Shown: positions 24,819-37,401, counted from the first letter of the whole stretch. The stretch is DNA of 62,552 bases, filler included, from Choristocarpus tenellus KU-1152 (GCA_964200185.2; 12 parts of 12 records of this genome joined end to end with filler, not necessarily neighbours in it); one strand, 5' to 3'. Program-made: numbers and translations. The notes: a model not told the origin generated them from the sequence alone.

Positions 24819-26554
24819 CTTCTTCCGTTCGGAATTACATGTAACGTAACTTTTGGAAGCTCTGTTCTCGTCCGGAAACGACCCACGTGATAATCCGTCC
24901 GGAGGAGGCTTAGTCCTCATATAGATTGGGAGGCGTGCAAAGTTGGAGATGGTAGACTGTCATGACTGTAGAGGATCACCAGTGCAAAGTCGACCAAGTC
25001 GCATTTGACGGGGTTCGAAAACCTCCTGAAGCTGTCAAAGTGGGAGTTACTTGAGATACCTAGGACGAAGGCCCCATTTCGTTCGAGCAGCTCACTCATC
25101 CCATTGTCGCCCGCCGGTCTCAATTCTTCATCCCAGAAGCCTGTCTGTTGTCCAGACTCTAACACCCCAACAAAGAATGGCATAGTGGCACCTTGCCTGG
25201 AGGTGAGAGGGCGCAAGATTCAGGTGCCTTAGGGGATGGTGGCAGCATTGTGAAGGCCTTCAAATTCCTGAATCACTGCGCTCTGTCGTCTGAAGGAGTA
25301 TGACAGCCAGATCGCAAGGGGTGAATGCATTGACCTTGTATGGCGTTGCAAGGGGCGATGTGGCCACCATATAAGGATCCTTGACGTTTGGGATGTCCCG
25401 TTGGTGCAACACACATCTTTCCATAAATAGGCAACCAAAGCTGAGGTCTTCCTTGCCTCGTTATGGGATCTGTGCAAGCACAAGAAGGTGAAGAAGGCCA
25501 AGCACTGGAATAAGGCAGTCCTCCCAGACCAGCAGACTGTCAGCAGGGTGGGTTTTGTTATCAGCCACATGCACAGAAGGGGGGAGCGTTAGTGGACGAT
25601 CTATATGACTGGGTGCATGTGAACGAGAAGTGGTCTTACATCCTCGAAGATGGGCAAGGTGTGTACCTACACACCCCAAATCCCCATGGACACAGAATAA
25701 GCACTACATTACGAAGGTAATGTTCCTTGCTGCCATGGCCCACCCTAGGAAGCTCTCCAATGGGGTATGGTTCGGTGGGAAAATCGGGATCTGGCCGATT
25801 GTAGACACTAAGGTCGCTCAGCGCTCAAGCCAAAACTGCCCCAAGGGCACCAAGGTCCTTGTGCCAGCCACAGTGGACGGGGAGAGGTAAAAGAGGCTCA
25901 TGATTGAGGATGTCATCCTGGCAATCAAGGCCCACATGCCTAGGGCCGGAAGGACACACCATCTTCATGCTGCAGGACGGGGCAAAGCCACACACCAAGA
26001 GGGGGATCATGGAAGTAATCGAGGAGCCAGCGGGGGACGACATTGTCGTAGAGACCCAGGCAGTCAACTCACCTGACCTCAACATCAACGACCTGGGATT
26101 CTTCATCCCATCCAGCAACTGAAGGAAGACGTGGGGGTGACCAACACAAAGGAGCTGGTTGCGGCCACAATGGAAGCATTCAGTGTGTACTCCCGGGAGA
26201 CACTAGAGCGACTCTGGCAGAGCCTCTTTGCAGTCTATGGTGAAGTGCTAGGGTCCAAGGGTGTTAATATCTTCAAACTTCCCCATGTTAGCAAGGAAAA
26301 AAGGCTGAGAAGGCGGGCAAGCTCCCCCCGAATGCCCCGGTGGATGCAGCGAAATATTGTGCTGGAATGGAATTTTGGAGGCCTTTGGGGGCAGGACCAT
26401 AGATAGGTGTAGGCTGCCCCATTTTGCTTGATGTTTTGGTGAGCGACTTTTAGTGCCAGCATAACAACTCATGAAATTGTGAACATGTGAAAAAGTCTTG
26501 CTTCTTCATGAGGGCTGCAAAATTTATTTTACGCTTAATTCCGAACGGAGGAAG
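24819..26554 (+). mobile_element. Full-length (~1.74 kb) decayed plant-mariner-like Tc1/mariner DNA transposon
   Basis: TIRs CTTCTTCCGTTCGGAATTA and TAATTCCGAACGGAGGAAG are each flanked by TA. Frameshifted transposase with VHVNEKW, KVMFLAAMAHPR, GKIGIWP, LQDGAKPH and NSPDLNINDLGFF motifs. Confidence 0.93.
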
Positions 26555-27465
26555 TACACACTAGTACATATGAAGGGTGACCTTAAGTATTTATACCTTA
26601 CGTTCAGATAACTGTTCAAATTTGAAGAACAAAGAACCATGGAGATGACAAAATCAACTACCTAAGACAAATAAGAACAACAAGAGGACTTAAGAATAGA
26701 ATTATGAATACCTAAGAACAAGAACAGAAGAATAGTAGATCTAACAATAAACAATAACGGCAACAATAATTCTACAAGTACAATGAAAGCAACCTTGTAA
26801 AAACAAAGCTTTCGAATGACAAAGCTATGACGAAAAAACGAAACCTGCCTCTTCACGCCCCAATCCATATAGGCAAAAGACCCTGTTGCAAAAGAGAGCG
26901 AAGTTGGTGAACCGGAGGTCGATGAAGGGCACGTTGATAGCGTTGGAGGAGCAGAGGCTCCTTCTAAGGAGAAAGGGGAGGCCAGAGATCCAGATAGCAT
27001 ACGTGCTAATGGTGGACGCGGCGTGTTCTATGTGGAGTCCAAACCATCCCAGGTGAACAACCGAAGGCTACAGAAGGCTACAGAAGCGATTTTTCCTTTT
27101 TCGACGAATTTTGCAGGATTTGGGTACAGTTGGATGCAACTTGCATGCTAAGCGTGATTGATGCCTCTAATTCTTCACGCATGTATTGCATATCTTTGCT
27201 TGAATTTCAACACCCCATGATGTGTAGTGTTTTTGATGTATCCCAACGGGATTGAATGTGAGATGCTCAGGTAGGCGCAAACTGGTCAATGTCATTATGG
27301 TTGTAGTTAGTTACTTGATGGTACGGTTATGGTTGCAGTTTGTTTTTTTCGGTGGGGTTTACAACAATGTGGATCCGTGGGTCTTAGTACCAGGACGAAA
27401 GTTTTAATATTGAAGATTCATCTATTGTTACAAGTACCACCGTAGGAACTAGTAACTACAATGTA

Positions 27466-28324
27466 TCTCCTCCGTTTGGAGTTAAATGTAACATAACTTT
27501 TGCAAGCTCTGTTCTCGCCCGGAAACGACCCATGAGATAAACCATCTTGACGAGGCTTAGTTCTTATATAGATTGGGAGGTGTGCAAAATTCGAGATGGT
27601 GGGCTGTAATGACTGTGGAACAACACAAATGGAGAGTCCACCTACTCGCATTTGACGAGGTTCAAAAACCTCCTGAAACTGTCAAAATGGGTGTTAATTG
27701 GGATGCCTAGGAAGAAGGCTCCATGTCGTTTGAGGAGCTCGTTCATCCCGTTGTTGCCTGCCAATCCCAATTCTTCATCCCAGAAGTCTGTCTGTTGTCC
27801 AGACTCAAACACACTGAAGAAGTATGACGTGGTGGGACAATGCCTGGAGGTGAGAGGGCACGAGACTCAGATGCCTTAGGGGATGATGGCAGCCATTGCG
27901 GAGGACTTCACATTTCCTAAATAACCATGTTCCATCATCTGAAAGAGTATGGCAGCCAGATCGCATGGGGTGAATGCGTTGACCTTGTATGATTTTGTAC
28001 GAGGTGATATGGCCACCATATAAGGATCCTTGACGTTTGGGATGTCCCGTTGGTGCAACACACATCCTTCCACAAATGGGTAACCAAAGCTGAGCTTTCC
28101 TTTGCCTCATTGTGGGATCTGTACAAGCACAAGAAGGTGAAGAAGGCCAAGCGGTGGATTATGAATGTCCTCCTAGACCAGCAGAATGTCAGCAGCAGGG
28201 TGGATTTTGTCATCAGCCACATGCACAGAAGGGGGGGGCGTTAGTGGACGATCTATATGACTGGGTGCATGTGAACGAGAAGTGGTCTTACATCCTCGAA
28301 GATGGGCAAGGTGTGTACCTACAC
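27466..28324 (+). mobile_element. Second copy of the same mariner-like family, 5' half, cut by linker
   Basis: TA followed by TIR TCTCCTCCGTTTGGAGTTA. Colinear with 24819-25672. Confidence 0.9.
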
Positions 28325-28619
28325 NNNNNNNNNNNNNNNNNNNNNNNNNNNNNNNNNNNNNNNNNNNNTTAATTAATTAANNNNNNNNNNNNNNNNNNNN
28401 NNNNNNNNNNNNNNNNNNNNNNNNGGGGGGAGAGGGGTGGCTCACAGACTCCTACACTCCCACTTGTTATCCACAATGACCCCAGCCAAGCAATGCTCCT
28501 GCACACCACCCCTCCATGTACCTGCTACAAAATCCTTTACATTCCTAAGCTCTTGCCTCCCCTTCAATACCATTTTGAGTGATGTGAACGGACAACTTGA
28601 GTTGGTAAAAAATCCTCAC

Positions 28620-30108
28620 CTCGACAATGTCCTTCATCCAAGTTGACACGCTCTCAAAAGATTGACGATTGGATACATCATACACTAGCACAAACCCCTC
28701 TGCCCGCTTGAAGAAGCTAGTTGTCAAGGAGTGAAACCGCTCCTGCCCCGCTGTGTCCCAAATCTGCAACAGTCAGTCGAGGGCATAGGTACAGTGGGAT
28801 AACACAGCAACTAATCTGATGGAAAGGCTTCAAAACGGAAATCAGGGTCTTCAAAGCTGAAGACGGGTTGGAGGAATGTTGGAGGTGCCAGTAGGGCGAC
28901 TTATGCACACACCATTATCATTACAGGTCTTCCTGTCTGACGAAGAAGCATACTTAAAGTATCTACATGATGCTTGTATGCCGTTACACTTCAGCACAAG
29001 CTCTTAACTCTATGCAGACATAATGTAGGTGCAAAAAGCCATAGGGTACACATACTTTTAACGTTCAACTGAGCAGTACAGATGACAAAACAGTCTTTGG
29101 GACCCAAGATATCACTATACCAATTCAAGTTATACACAAGAACTATCCATTGCTAACAAAAAAAAAGGCAGTGCCAAATTGAGCTCATACCTCACGAGGA
29201 GACAGGAGATGTACCCTAGATCAGCATCTGATAATCAGATGTGCAAGAAGTGGGGGATTGACTCCAAACGAATCAAAGGAATATAACAAACCATTGAAGG
29301 AAAAGTTGTGTTGCAAAAAAGGTTCACTACTTGGAAAATATGTGTTGCTGTCACAAACATGTGTTGCTGCCACATGAAAAAAATATGTGTTGTCGCACAT
29401 CATCCTAACTTCACAACTCGACCATTTTGGAGGGACTAGAAACCAAGTCGAAACGTGGGCTATAACATAGAGACGGCTAGTAGCCAGAGGGTTCATAGAT
29501 TGATTGTGGCTCCCAAATTACGCACCAACAACGCATGAAGCGAGGTTTGGCATATAAATTCAGCAATACATCCACGGGTCCTGTGATTAGAGGGTGCGGT
29601 TCGGTCTCATCCTCCAACCCATACTGCTCCACATACAAACATTGAAAACGTCGAGTGCTTCACCACCTCGGGGAATGGGACCGAACCACGTTACATCGTA
29701 TGGAAAAGTAGATGAAGAGGTCTCGAGTGTGAAAGATAAATGGAAAACAAGCGCTCCGACTAGTCCAACCCCAATTTCGGACCTCACAGAGTGGTTGGAT
29801 TGGACCAGGCCCTGGCATGTGCTCCTCAATTCCTTCCCTGACCATTCCTGTATGTTCGGAAACGACCTACGATCCCGTGACTTGTTGGGTACCTGCAGCT
29901 TGACCTGACGCCCGTCCAGTTCCAGCAAGCGATCACTGTAGTCTACTCCGATGGTGGTAGTGAACTTGAGATTGAACCCACGTTTATCGTACCGGAGCAC
30001 CAACGACGTCTTTCCTACTGAGCTGTCTCCAATCATCAGGATTCGGATAAGTAAGGGTGTTGTCCTGGGCTTATCCCCAGCCGTAGCCGATAGTGCTTGT
30101 CCATTCAT
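28620..30108 (-). CDS. RAB8: Rab GTPase (Rab8/Sec4-like), first two coding exons 30108-29893 and 28763-28620
   Basis: Motifs [25 protein letters not shown]|[17 protein letters not shown] and [11 protein letters not shown], with a phase-0 GT-AG intron. The 3' exons are lost at the linker. Subfamily is less certain than family. Confidence 0.9.
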
Positions 30109-30989
30109 AGCTTGGACCCTATATCCACGAAAGGGCACACACGGGCACGGGTCCAACTCTCACAACGACACTAGTGCTTGTACCTTCACCAGGTGAAAAG
30201 GGAGAAAGAGGGAAAAAGACAAACGATGATTAGATGAACAAAATTCTGCCACACACAAATCATGTACTATAAAGGCACAGCATAGGTAAATCCGTCTACC
30301 AATATGTTGGTTCAAGCAATATTGTGTCCGGTTCGACTCGGAATAGCTCACCTGCAAGTTCGCCCACAAAGGTACACCCCCAGCAGTGCTGGATAATCTC
30401 CCAAATTATATTGACCCTGGAGACAAGAACGCAATCTCGCGACTTCAAGGCAATCCAATAATCAAATCAAATACAATCGTGGCAGGAGGAAAAGTGGGTG
30501 ACTTGTTCAACCTCGTGGACTTTGGGGATCAGGCTTGTGCTTTGTTGCCGAAATCACCCTATCTGGCAAAGGTACCCAAAGACCACCCAAAAGAGAAACA
30601 CACCCATTAGAAGCGTCATTAAAAAAAAGCAAAACATTTCAAGGCTACAATCTTGTTACTTAATTTAAGCGTAATAGAGAGAAAAATACAAAAAATAAAG
30701 AATAAACCAATCGAAAGATCGACAGAAACAATCTGGATTTTGTAAGGAGTTGGTCCTATATCAAGAAAATTATATGTACTTTTTGGATTGGTAAACCTCC
30801 TCCCAACTACTATCAATAACATCACCTACCTCCCAAAAAGAAAAACAAACTCGAAGGTGATGAAAAGGAAATGATTGACCGTTCTTGACAACAAGAACGG
30901 ACCTCCTTGTTTGATATGGGGTCACAAAATGTAAAATATTATGACACATTTCTACATAGGAATTTCCTACATTCCTAGAGGTGTCCTGT

Positions 30990-31170
30990 AGGGTATGGCT
31001 GTTAACTTTGGAGTGGCAAGAACATGGATCTCAGTTATTCGTCAATATTCCATGATAATTTGGGATTCGTTGGCATGAATGATCGAGTATATAGATTATT
31101 GATCGAACGTTGGATAAGGCGTTCGACAAGGGTGAGTTCTTGGTCCTATCCTGTTCAACATATTCTTCAG
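30990..31170 (+). mobile_element. Non-LTR (RTE-like) reverse transcriptase remnant
   Basis: Frameshifted VIRQ(Y/F)HD and GVRQG*VLGPILFNIFF match the LINE RT GVRQGCVLSPxLFN motif. Confidence 0.7.
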
Positions 31171-31174
31171 TCCA

Positions 31175-31478
31175 GGGTCAAAGTATCTGGGGGGGGTGGC
31201 GGCTGTCCATTTGGGGCCAATTTTTTCATGTCGCGATTTTTGGGTGATTCGGTTCCATATGTTGGATAATGAAAGTGCACTTTTCCTGGTTTTGGTCCAA
31301 ATGGACACTCTGGTGTAGACCCCCCCCCCCCCCCCCCACACCCTTTAGGGCCCCACAANNNNNNNNNNNNNNNNNNNNNNNNNNNNNNNNNNNNNNNNNN
31401 NNTTAATTAATTAANNNNNNNNNNNNNNNNNNNNNNNNNNNNNNNNNNNNNNNNNNNNCCCCCCAAATACTTTGACCC
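31175..31478. mobile_element. MITE family B sequence on both sides of a linker
   Basis: gggtcaaagtatctggggg...tggtgtagacccc before the linker and ccccaaatactttgaccc after it. Flanks TCCA/AAAG differ. Confidence 0.85.
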
Positions 31479-31536
31479 AAAGCTCAAATGAGTGGACTGA
31501 CGTGTTTCTCCAACAAATGGTGTCTGTTCCATCAAG

Positions 31537-33665
31537 GTAATGTGGAGTTAGCCAAGGCGGTCGGATTCTACTACGGCAACGAGAACTACAACTGGTATTC
31601 GATGAACTCCCCAGGCATCACTGGTCTCTTCAACAAGTACTGCCTTTCGTGAGTCAAGCCCCTGACCTGAGAGGAATGATAGAAGAGTTTATTGAGAAGG
31701 CTTAAATTGAATCACCGTTTTAGACAGCAGGTTGTTTTCAATGTGAAAGAACCACTCAAAAAGAACGCACATATTTCAGACTTTTCATTACAGGTCGCAG
31801 CAATACAAGTTGCTTATCCTACTGCGCACTTCCTTCATCCATGGCAATAATCCGGTTTTATCTCAAACAGATAGTTGCAACTCCTTTCTACTTCTATGCC
31901 CGCACCCTGTGCATCTATACATGTATTTGTGCTTGACAGGAGCGGGGCCGATGCTTTGATGACATGCTACCCTGGTGACAACACCTACCTTCCTGGTGTC
32001 ACCAGTGTCTCTCTCGTCGCAGACAACCCTTTCCATCCTCTAACCACCACAGTTAGCACCAACGGTGAGAGTATTCCTTCCCATGAACGTCTTGAGAACA
32101 TTTATAGCTAGGTCTGTTTCCGTGTTTCAACCAACCTTAAAGTTGAACGAATCCTCAACAAGAAAAGAGCAGGGATACAGCATGTTGGGCATGAGGTATA
32201 CCATTGCAGCAGTTGGCACAACCTGCACTCATCCTAAGGTAGACCCTCTTACGCCCTTCCCAAATATCCCCCTGAAAAATACCGTTTCCTTAGGATATGA
32301 CGGAGTAACTATTGTGCCACGGTTTGCAACATTCATCTACTACAACTGCAAAAATGCAGATGTGAGAATTTATGTCGAAACTTGACAATGGGTGTGTCTG
32401 GAGACGAGATTTTTGACTTGTAGTAATGCCAGCCTCGTGAATGTGTTGTTCAACGTGATCATTGCACCCCTTTTCTCATCATTACTTCAAGTTTGTGTAT
32501 TGATGGATGCCTTCACTTCAAGCAAGCAAGTGGGGAAGTGAGTGAAGTGTGAGCCCGTTATGAGCTAGTCCCTCTTCTGTGAATGCTCATATATTCCTGT
32601 CACTCTTGACTCCCACAGTGCCTTGTGCAAGAGAACGAGTGGATCAGGCGTGTTGTCTGCGAGTGTGAGAATCTGGATCCCTCTGCTCCCACGGGGGTAA
32701 GTCTTTCCTATAGTGCCTATGTTTTCCCTTCCTCCTCCCCGTTCCTACTTTACTCCACAAGCGTTCTCTTGTTCCTACTTGCTCTCCTTCTGAAGTCGAA
32801 ATGCGCTGGGGAAACTGTTTCCAGCTAAAATCAATATTGATGACAAAGTACAGAGTCAAAAGCCTCACTCTACTCACGTTCCGCATCATTGCGCACTATC
32901 TCTTCTTCTTACTCAAGACCTGCGGAAAATGCGATGGTGACATTCAATCCTTTGGGTCCCTGGACAACCTTATTGCCTGGGAAAAGGAAGCCACAACAAG
33001 GCAGATCCTTGGGGGCTACCGTGATAAGTACATGTTCCACCAGGTATGCTAAATTTCCTTTGGGAAGGAAGTATGTATATCACGTTGAGGTTCAAGTGCC
33101 TTTGGAACAGAAGAATATCTTTTTTCAAGGTCCATCTGATCTCTACCGCATGTGTTTATGTTTACAACCTGCGTTAGGCTTCTTGTCAATAACTAGTAAA
33201 ATTTTCTCTCCTTTCTTTTTATCTTGCCTTGATGTTGCTGTGCCATGGCAGGTCAACGTAATCCCCACTACCATCGACGGTTCCAGCATTTCCCTCCTTG
33301 CATACTGGATTGTGCAGATGATGGAGGAAATCACTTCATCCATCAGCTTTCCTATTGAGGTGATATTGATGCACCTCTCAAGTGACGTACAAAGCAATAA
33401 TTTGACCGTAAATCTTGCCAACACAGTGCATGTTCTTGCAAGACAGAGATGCGAGCTTCATTTTTTTGACCTCACAATTGACTATTGCCTTCCCTCCATC
33501 CTCTTTCCTCCCTTCCTGACCCCCCTGACCTCCTCTGCCACGCAATTTACTACTTGTCCATGGCGTCTCAGACCCTTAAGTTTGATCATCTCTGCCACAA
33601 CTTTAACTCCCACGAGACAATGGACAATGCTGCACCTCTGCTAAGGGCCACCAAGGGCGCTGATG
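31537..33665 (+). CDS. agd3: Agd3-like (CE18) carbohydrate deacetylase, internal/C-terminal exons 31537-31648, 31940-32064, 32294-32361, 32619-32696, 32918-33043, 33252-33359, 33572-33665
   Basis: Seven phase-compatible exons with no stop give SPGITGLFN, CYPGDNT, NPFHPLTTTVSTNGYDGVTIVPRFATFIYYNC, ENEW, LIAWEKEATTRQILGGYRDKYMFHQVN and SLLAYWIVQMMEE..FPIETLKFD. These are colinear with motifs I recall from the fungal Agd3 catalytic domain (PPAITGLHN, VGDNT, PRWATRIYYNC, HDxYMFHQAN, WPxxTxxH). Recognised from memory, not by search. Confidence 0.78.
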
Positions 33666-34114
33666 GTAAGATGCTTGTGCCCATGCCCATGCCGTCCTCT
33701 CCTATTTGTTCCACCTATGATGCCCATCAGATGTGTGGTTGTACGTGTTGAACAAGTTGCAAGTCTTGTAAGTGTTGCTTGTCCTAAAGGTGTGATCGAA
33801 GCAGGGGATACTTCATCGCAGTGAAATGTCTATATCTGAGTGTGTCACCCTTTCATGCTTGCTTGCTTCTAAACTGCTCTGTGCTAAGTTGGCATTCATA
33901 CTCTAGGTACTCATATATAATGGCATTTTACCTAGGAGGTGATAGTGTGTGCGAAGCTAGCGATTCTTTCTCCCTTCAACTCATCACACACATGCCAACC
34001 CACGATCTCGATTGCTTTGAAATGAGCATCGAATCAACTAAATTGAGAACATTGATATATAGTAAATTGTTTGAACTGAGCATTGGATCAATGAGGTTGA
34101 GAATAACACATTGA

Positions 34115-34341
34115 GACTCAAAGTATCTGGGAGGGGGTGGCGGCTGTCCATTTGGGGTCAATTTTTTCATNNNNNNNNNNNNNNNNNNNNNNNNNNNNNN
34201 NNNNNNNNNNNNNNTTAATTAATTAANNNNNNNNNNNNNNNNNNNNNNNNNNNNNNNNNNNNNNNNNNNNAAAAAGGTGACATCGAAAAAAAGGGAAAAA
34301 GGGGCCACCCGTCCCCCCCCCCCCCCCAGATACTTTGACCC
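34115..34341. mobile_element. MITE family B ends on both sides of a linker (two distinct copies)
   Basis: The same end of the element appears in inverted orientation on each side. Confidence 0.8.
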
Positions 34342-34559
34342 ACTATTGTTATACTTACGTTGTTTGTGCTGGTACAAGCACATATTACAATTTAATATAC
34401 CTTTATCTTTAGTTCGTTACAACACAGAGTGGTAACGTACACAACGATAGGATGAGTCAGTCTTTGTCATGCGTCAGTGATAACGGATGGCTAGTACAAA
34501 ATGACATAGGATAATATTAATGTACGAGTGTATAGTTCACCATGTAACCCACCAGCAGC

Positions 34560-35210
34560 TTCTGGCAACAAGCCTTCCCTGGGCGAAGCTATTCAACACG
34601 CTTGAGCGCCTCAACCAATATACTCTAGCTATAGAAGGCGCATCTGGAGCTGGAGTGGCTTTGGTTGGGAACTTCACTCATGGCCTTAGACGGGCTCCAT
34701 ACCAAACCATTTCAATTGTCTAATGACAATGATGCATACTGGTTTGCCACAGCGACTGCCTTCTTGGTTGTGAGAGGTGAAACCAACGAAGTGTTGGAGG
34801 AGGTGGAGGACCCTCTTAGAGTGGGCGGCGAAAAATTTCGTCAAGGGGGGAGGATGTGAGTGAAGATGAGGCCGTCAAGGCCAAGAAGGCGTACGACGTT
34901 CTGCTAAGGAGTGCCAGCGTCTTCTACAGGTGCATTGTTCGCAATGCAGTATTACCATCAGAGGCGTGGAGGCAAATTAAGGGAGAATTTTCTTATACGC
35001 TCAGATGAGGAAATTGTCAGATTGTAGAAAATGGTAATGAATCTTTAGGTGCCTAGGGGATTTGAGCCCCAGAACACCTTTGCGTATAACATCACGGTAA
35101 TGGAGTTCATCAGATCATCCAAACAATCCAGCATAGCAATTTGCAGGACCTATTCCGACATCTCGTGTCCCATCACAGCCATCTGGTCTACCCAATCTAT
35201 CATCGCAAAC
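34560..35210 (+). mobile_element. Decayed copia-like gag remnant
   Basis: Frameshifted reading AVKAKKAYDVLLRSASVFYRCIVRNAVLPSEAWRQIKGEF resembles copia gag (UBN2-type aW..L). Many stops, and no LTR identified. Confidence 0.4.
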
Positions 35211-35261
35211 AAGTAGCGAGTTGTACATGAGGTTCTGGCCACAACCCTTTCTGTTACGTGT

Positions 35262-35372
35262 GAGTCAAATTATTTTAGAGGGTAGAGCCACGTCCGCTTA
35301 GGGGCCAAAATTCGATGTTAACACTACGATTTTGATGTTAATTTTGTCTGTCATGTTTGTTAGGTATTGTCG
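35262..35372. mobile_element. MITE family A, truncated
   Basis: One TIR (gagtcaaattattttagagggtagag) and ~110 bp of interior. Confidence 0.75.
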
Positions 35373-35589
35373 CACCAGTAGCTTTGCCCCCTGGGGTTGT
35401 CCCGCCATAACCTTTGATGTAGACATTGGATTTAAAAAATATGAGTTTGTTCGTGATGCCCGTCACAGTGCTCTCCAGAGGTTGTTTTTTTCGCCATTTT
35501 GTTTTTTTGAAGAAAGAGCGGTTATATTGGGGTTCGAACCCTGGATTGTAGGTCACCAAGAGTGGCAACAGATAGACTATTACTTGATT

Positions 35590-36000
35590 GAAGTATAGGA
35601 TTTGGACAGGAAAAAAGCCTCCCTACCCTTTCATCCTGTGTTCGCGCACATACTCTTCGACCTTGGCAAGGATGTCCTTTTCGAGGTCCAGAACGAAAGG
35701 CCTCTCGTCGCGCCCTTGCTCTAACACCTTGATGTGGCCCTTAGTTAGGAAGTCTCTCTCCCATTTACTCACAGTTTCCGACCTGACCATTGCCTATCCT
35801 GCTGCCATCTCGAGCGCTGTTTGACAGTCTTTCCCATCGTTCATGCACAAGTACAGGATCCACAGTGTTAGAACCTTTACTATCATATTTCCTTATTGAG
35901 CGCCGGAAATGGGTTACCTTCTTTCGGGATTCAGAGCCCTTGTAGCCCAACCCAAACACCTTCCTCGTTTCCTTAAGTCACTCCGGTTTGCACAGCTTCC
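35590..36000 (-). mobile_element. Decayed DNA-transposase N-terminal remnant (Tc1/IS630-like, tentative)
   Basis: Reading VRSETVSKWERDFLTKGHIKVLEQGRDERPFVLDLEKDILAKVEEYVREHR resembles the HTH + QG-linker of large Tc1-like transposases. Stops and frameshifts surround it. Confidence 0.35.
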
Positions 36001-36308
36001 AACCAGCCAGAGCCTGCTGCGACTGTCGACTACTAAGATATTCTACACCCGGGTATTCGCTTAGACATTTCCTGAGCGCAGTGGCAAGCGGTTGCACTGC
36101 TCGCTTCCCCAACTTTCCCTTCGGGCGGCCACTCTGGTTCTCCCTTTCGCCCGCCGTGACCAGGCTCCCCCATAGACTTTGTCACCATAGTGCACTCGCT
36201 GTTCTCTTCCTGTTTTCCCAAGGTGGCAGAGACTGCAACATAGTTCTCCGACGTGGTTGAAGATCCAACCATGTTTGTGTGGAAATGCTTTGAATGGATC
36301 TTCTCTCG

Positions 36309-36569
36309 GCGTCAAAGTATCTTAGAGGGTAGAGCGGCGTCCATTTGGGGGCCAAAATCCATTGTTTCCGGTTTTGATATAATTTTGACTATTGTGTTTG
36401 TTAGGAAGTGTGAATATCCTTGTCCCGTACACACCTTTTCAAAAAGCATAGATTTTACCTACTCCGAAACATTTCGGATTCGGAAAATGTCATAAAACAC
36501 CTGTGGGAAGCCAAGCCCCAAATGGACAAACAGGGAAAAATTCGTACCCTCTATAAGATACTTTCACTC
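36309..36569. mobile_element. MITE family A
   Basis: Both TIRs and the full interior are present. TSD is not conserved (CTCG/TCAG). Confidence 0.88.
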
Positions 36570-37099
36570 TCAGTGTCGTGACTGCGTGGCCCATTTCGCG
36601 ATTTTATCATGCTGCTGCGCACACTACTCGCACTTTATCGTCAGCTAATATTGCACTGAGGGTCACATGGTACTTGCTTTTCCTAGGCCTCTCAACAGAG
36701 AAGGTGCCGAGGGTAGATCCAGGGGGCAGAGTGGCCGCAGTGACTCTCCTTGTCTCACCGTCACGGTTCATGTTGCTGTGTAAGTCACGTGAGTGTGTCA
36801 TCACAGAAAGTCTGCAAAAGGCGTAAAAAGATGTTCGGAAATCTTGATTTTTTTTCGGGAACATCTCAGCAGCCATACTTGGACGGAGACCTATCCCGGA
36901 CCAGTTTTCTGCAAGGAGTTCAGCCAACCACTTCATTTTTGTATCTTTTGAAATCGTGACCTTCAATATTGGGTCGGAGATATTCCCCCGCGTTTTTTCA
37001 ATTGTGTGATCGGGACATAACTCCCGTTGCCCGAAGAATATACAAAAACCACTACAACCTTCAAAATCTCTTGCCATTCCCTTTCTTTTGATATCTATA

Positions 37100-37401
37100 T
37101 TGTTGTATACCTTTTAGAAGCTTAGCTCCACAGGATGTATAGCTCCAATCTACAGGATGATACTCAAGCACGTATAGAACTCCTGATACACAAGTCGTCA
37201 AGTATGCTGTATCTCTCACTTGTATTATCATCGATATCATTGTATAAAAAAGAAACTCTCCGTGGGACCTCCATGTTACTGGGTGGAAGTCTCGGTAGGA
37301 CCTCCATGTTACAGCGTGCCCCAGAAGCTTACCTTCACAGGATGTATAGCTCCAATCTGCAGGCCTATAGATGATACTCATGCACATATAGGACTCCTGA
37401 T
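37100..37401 (+). repeat. Repeat family C, tandem (~207-bp period), running into the linker
   Basis: agctta..cacaggatgtatagctccaatct..gatgatactca occurs at ~37119 and ~37326. Confidence 0.8.

Noticed and set aside
29587-30156. 189-aa single-exon Rab
   Set aside because: The GTPase frame leaves at the GT donor at 29892 and resumes at 28763. The remainder of the ORF is intron.
32889-33644. 251-aa ORF as a standalone gene
   Set aside because: It is read-through across introns of the Agd3-like gene. Only 33252-33359 is in the true coding frame.
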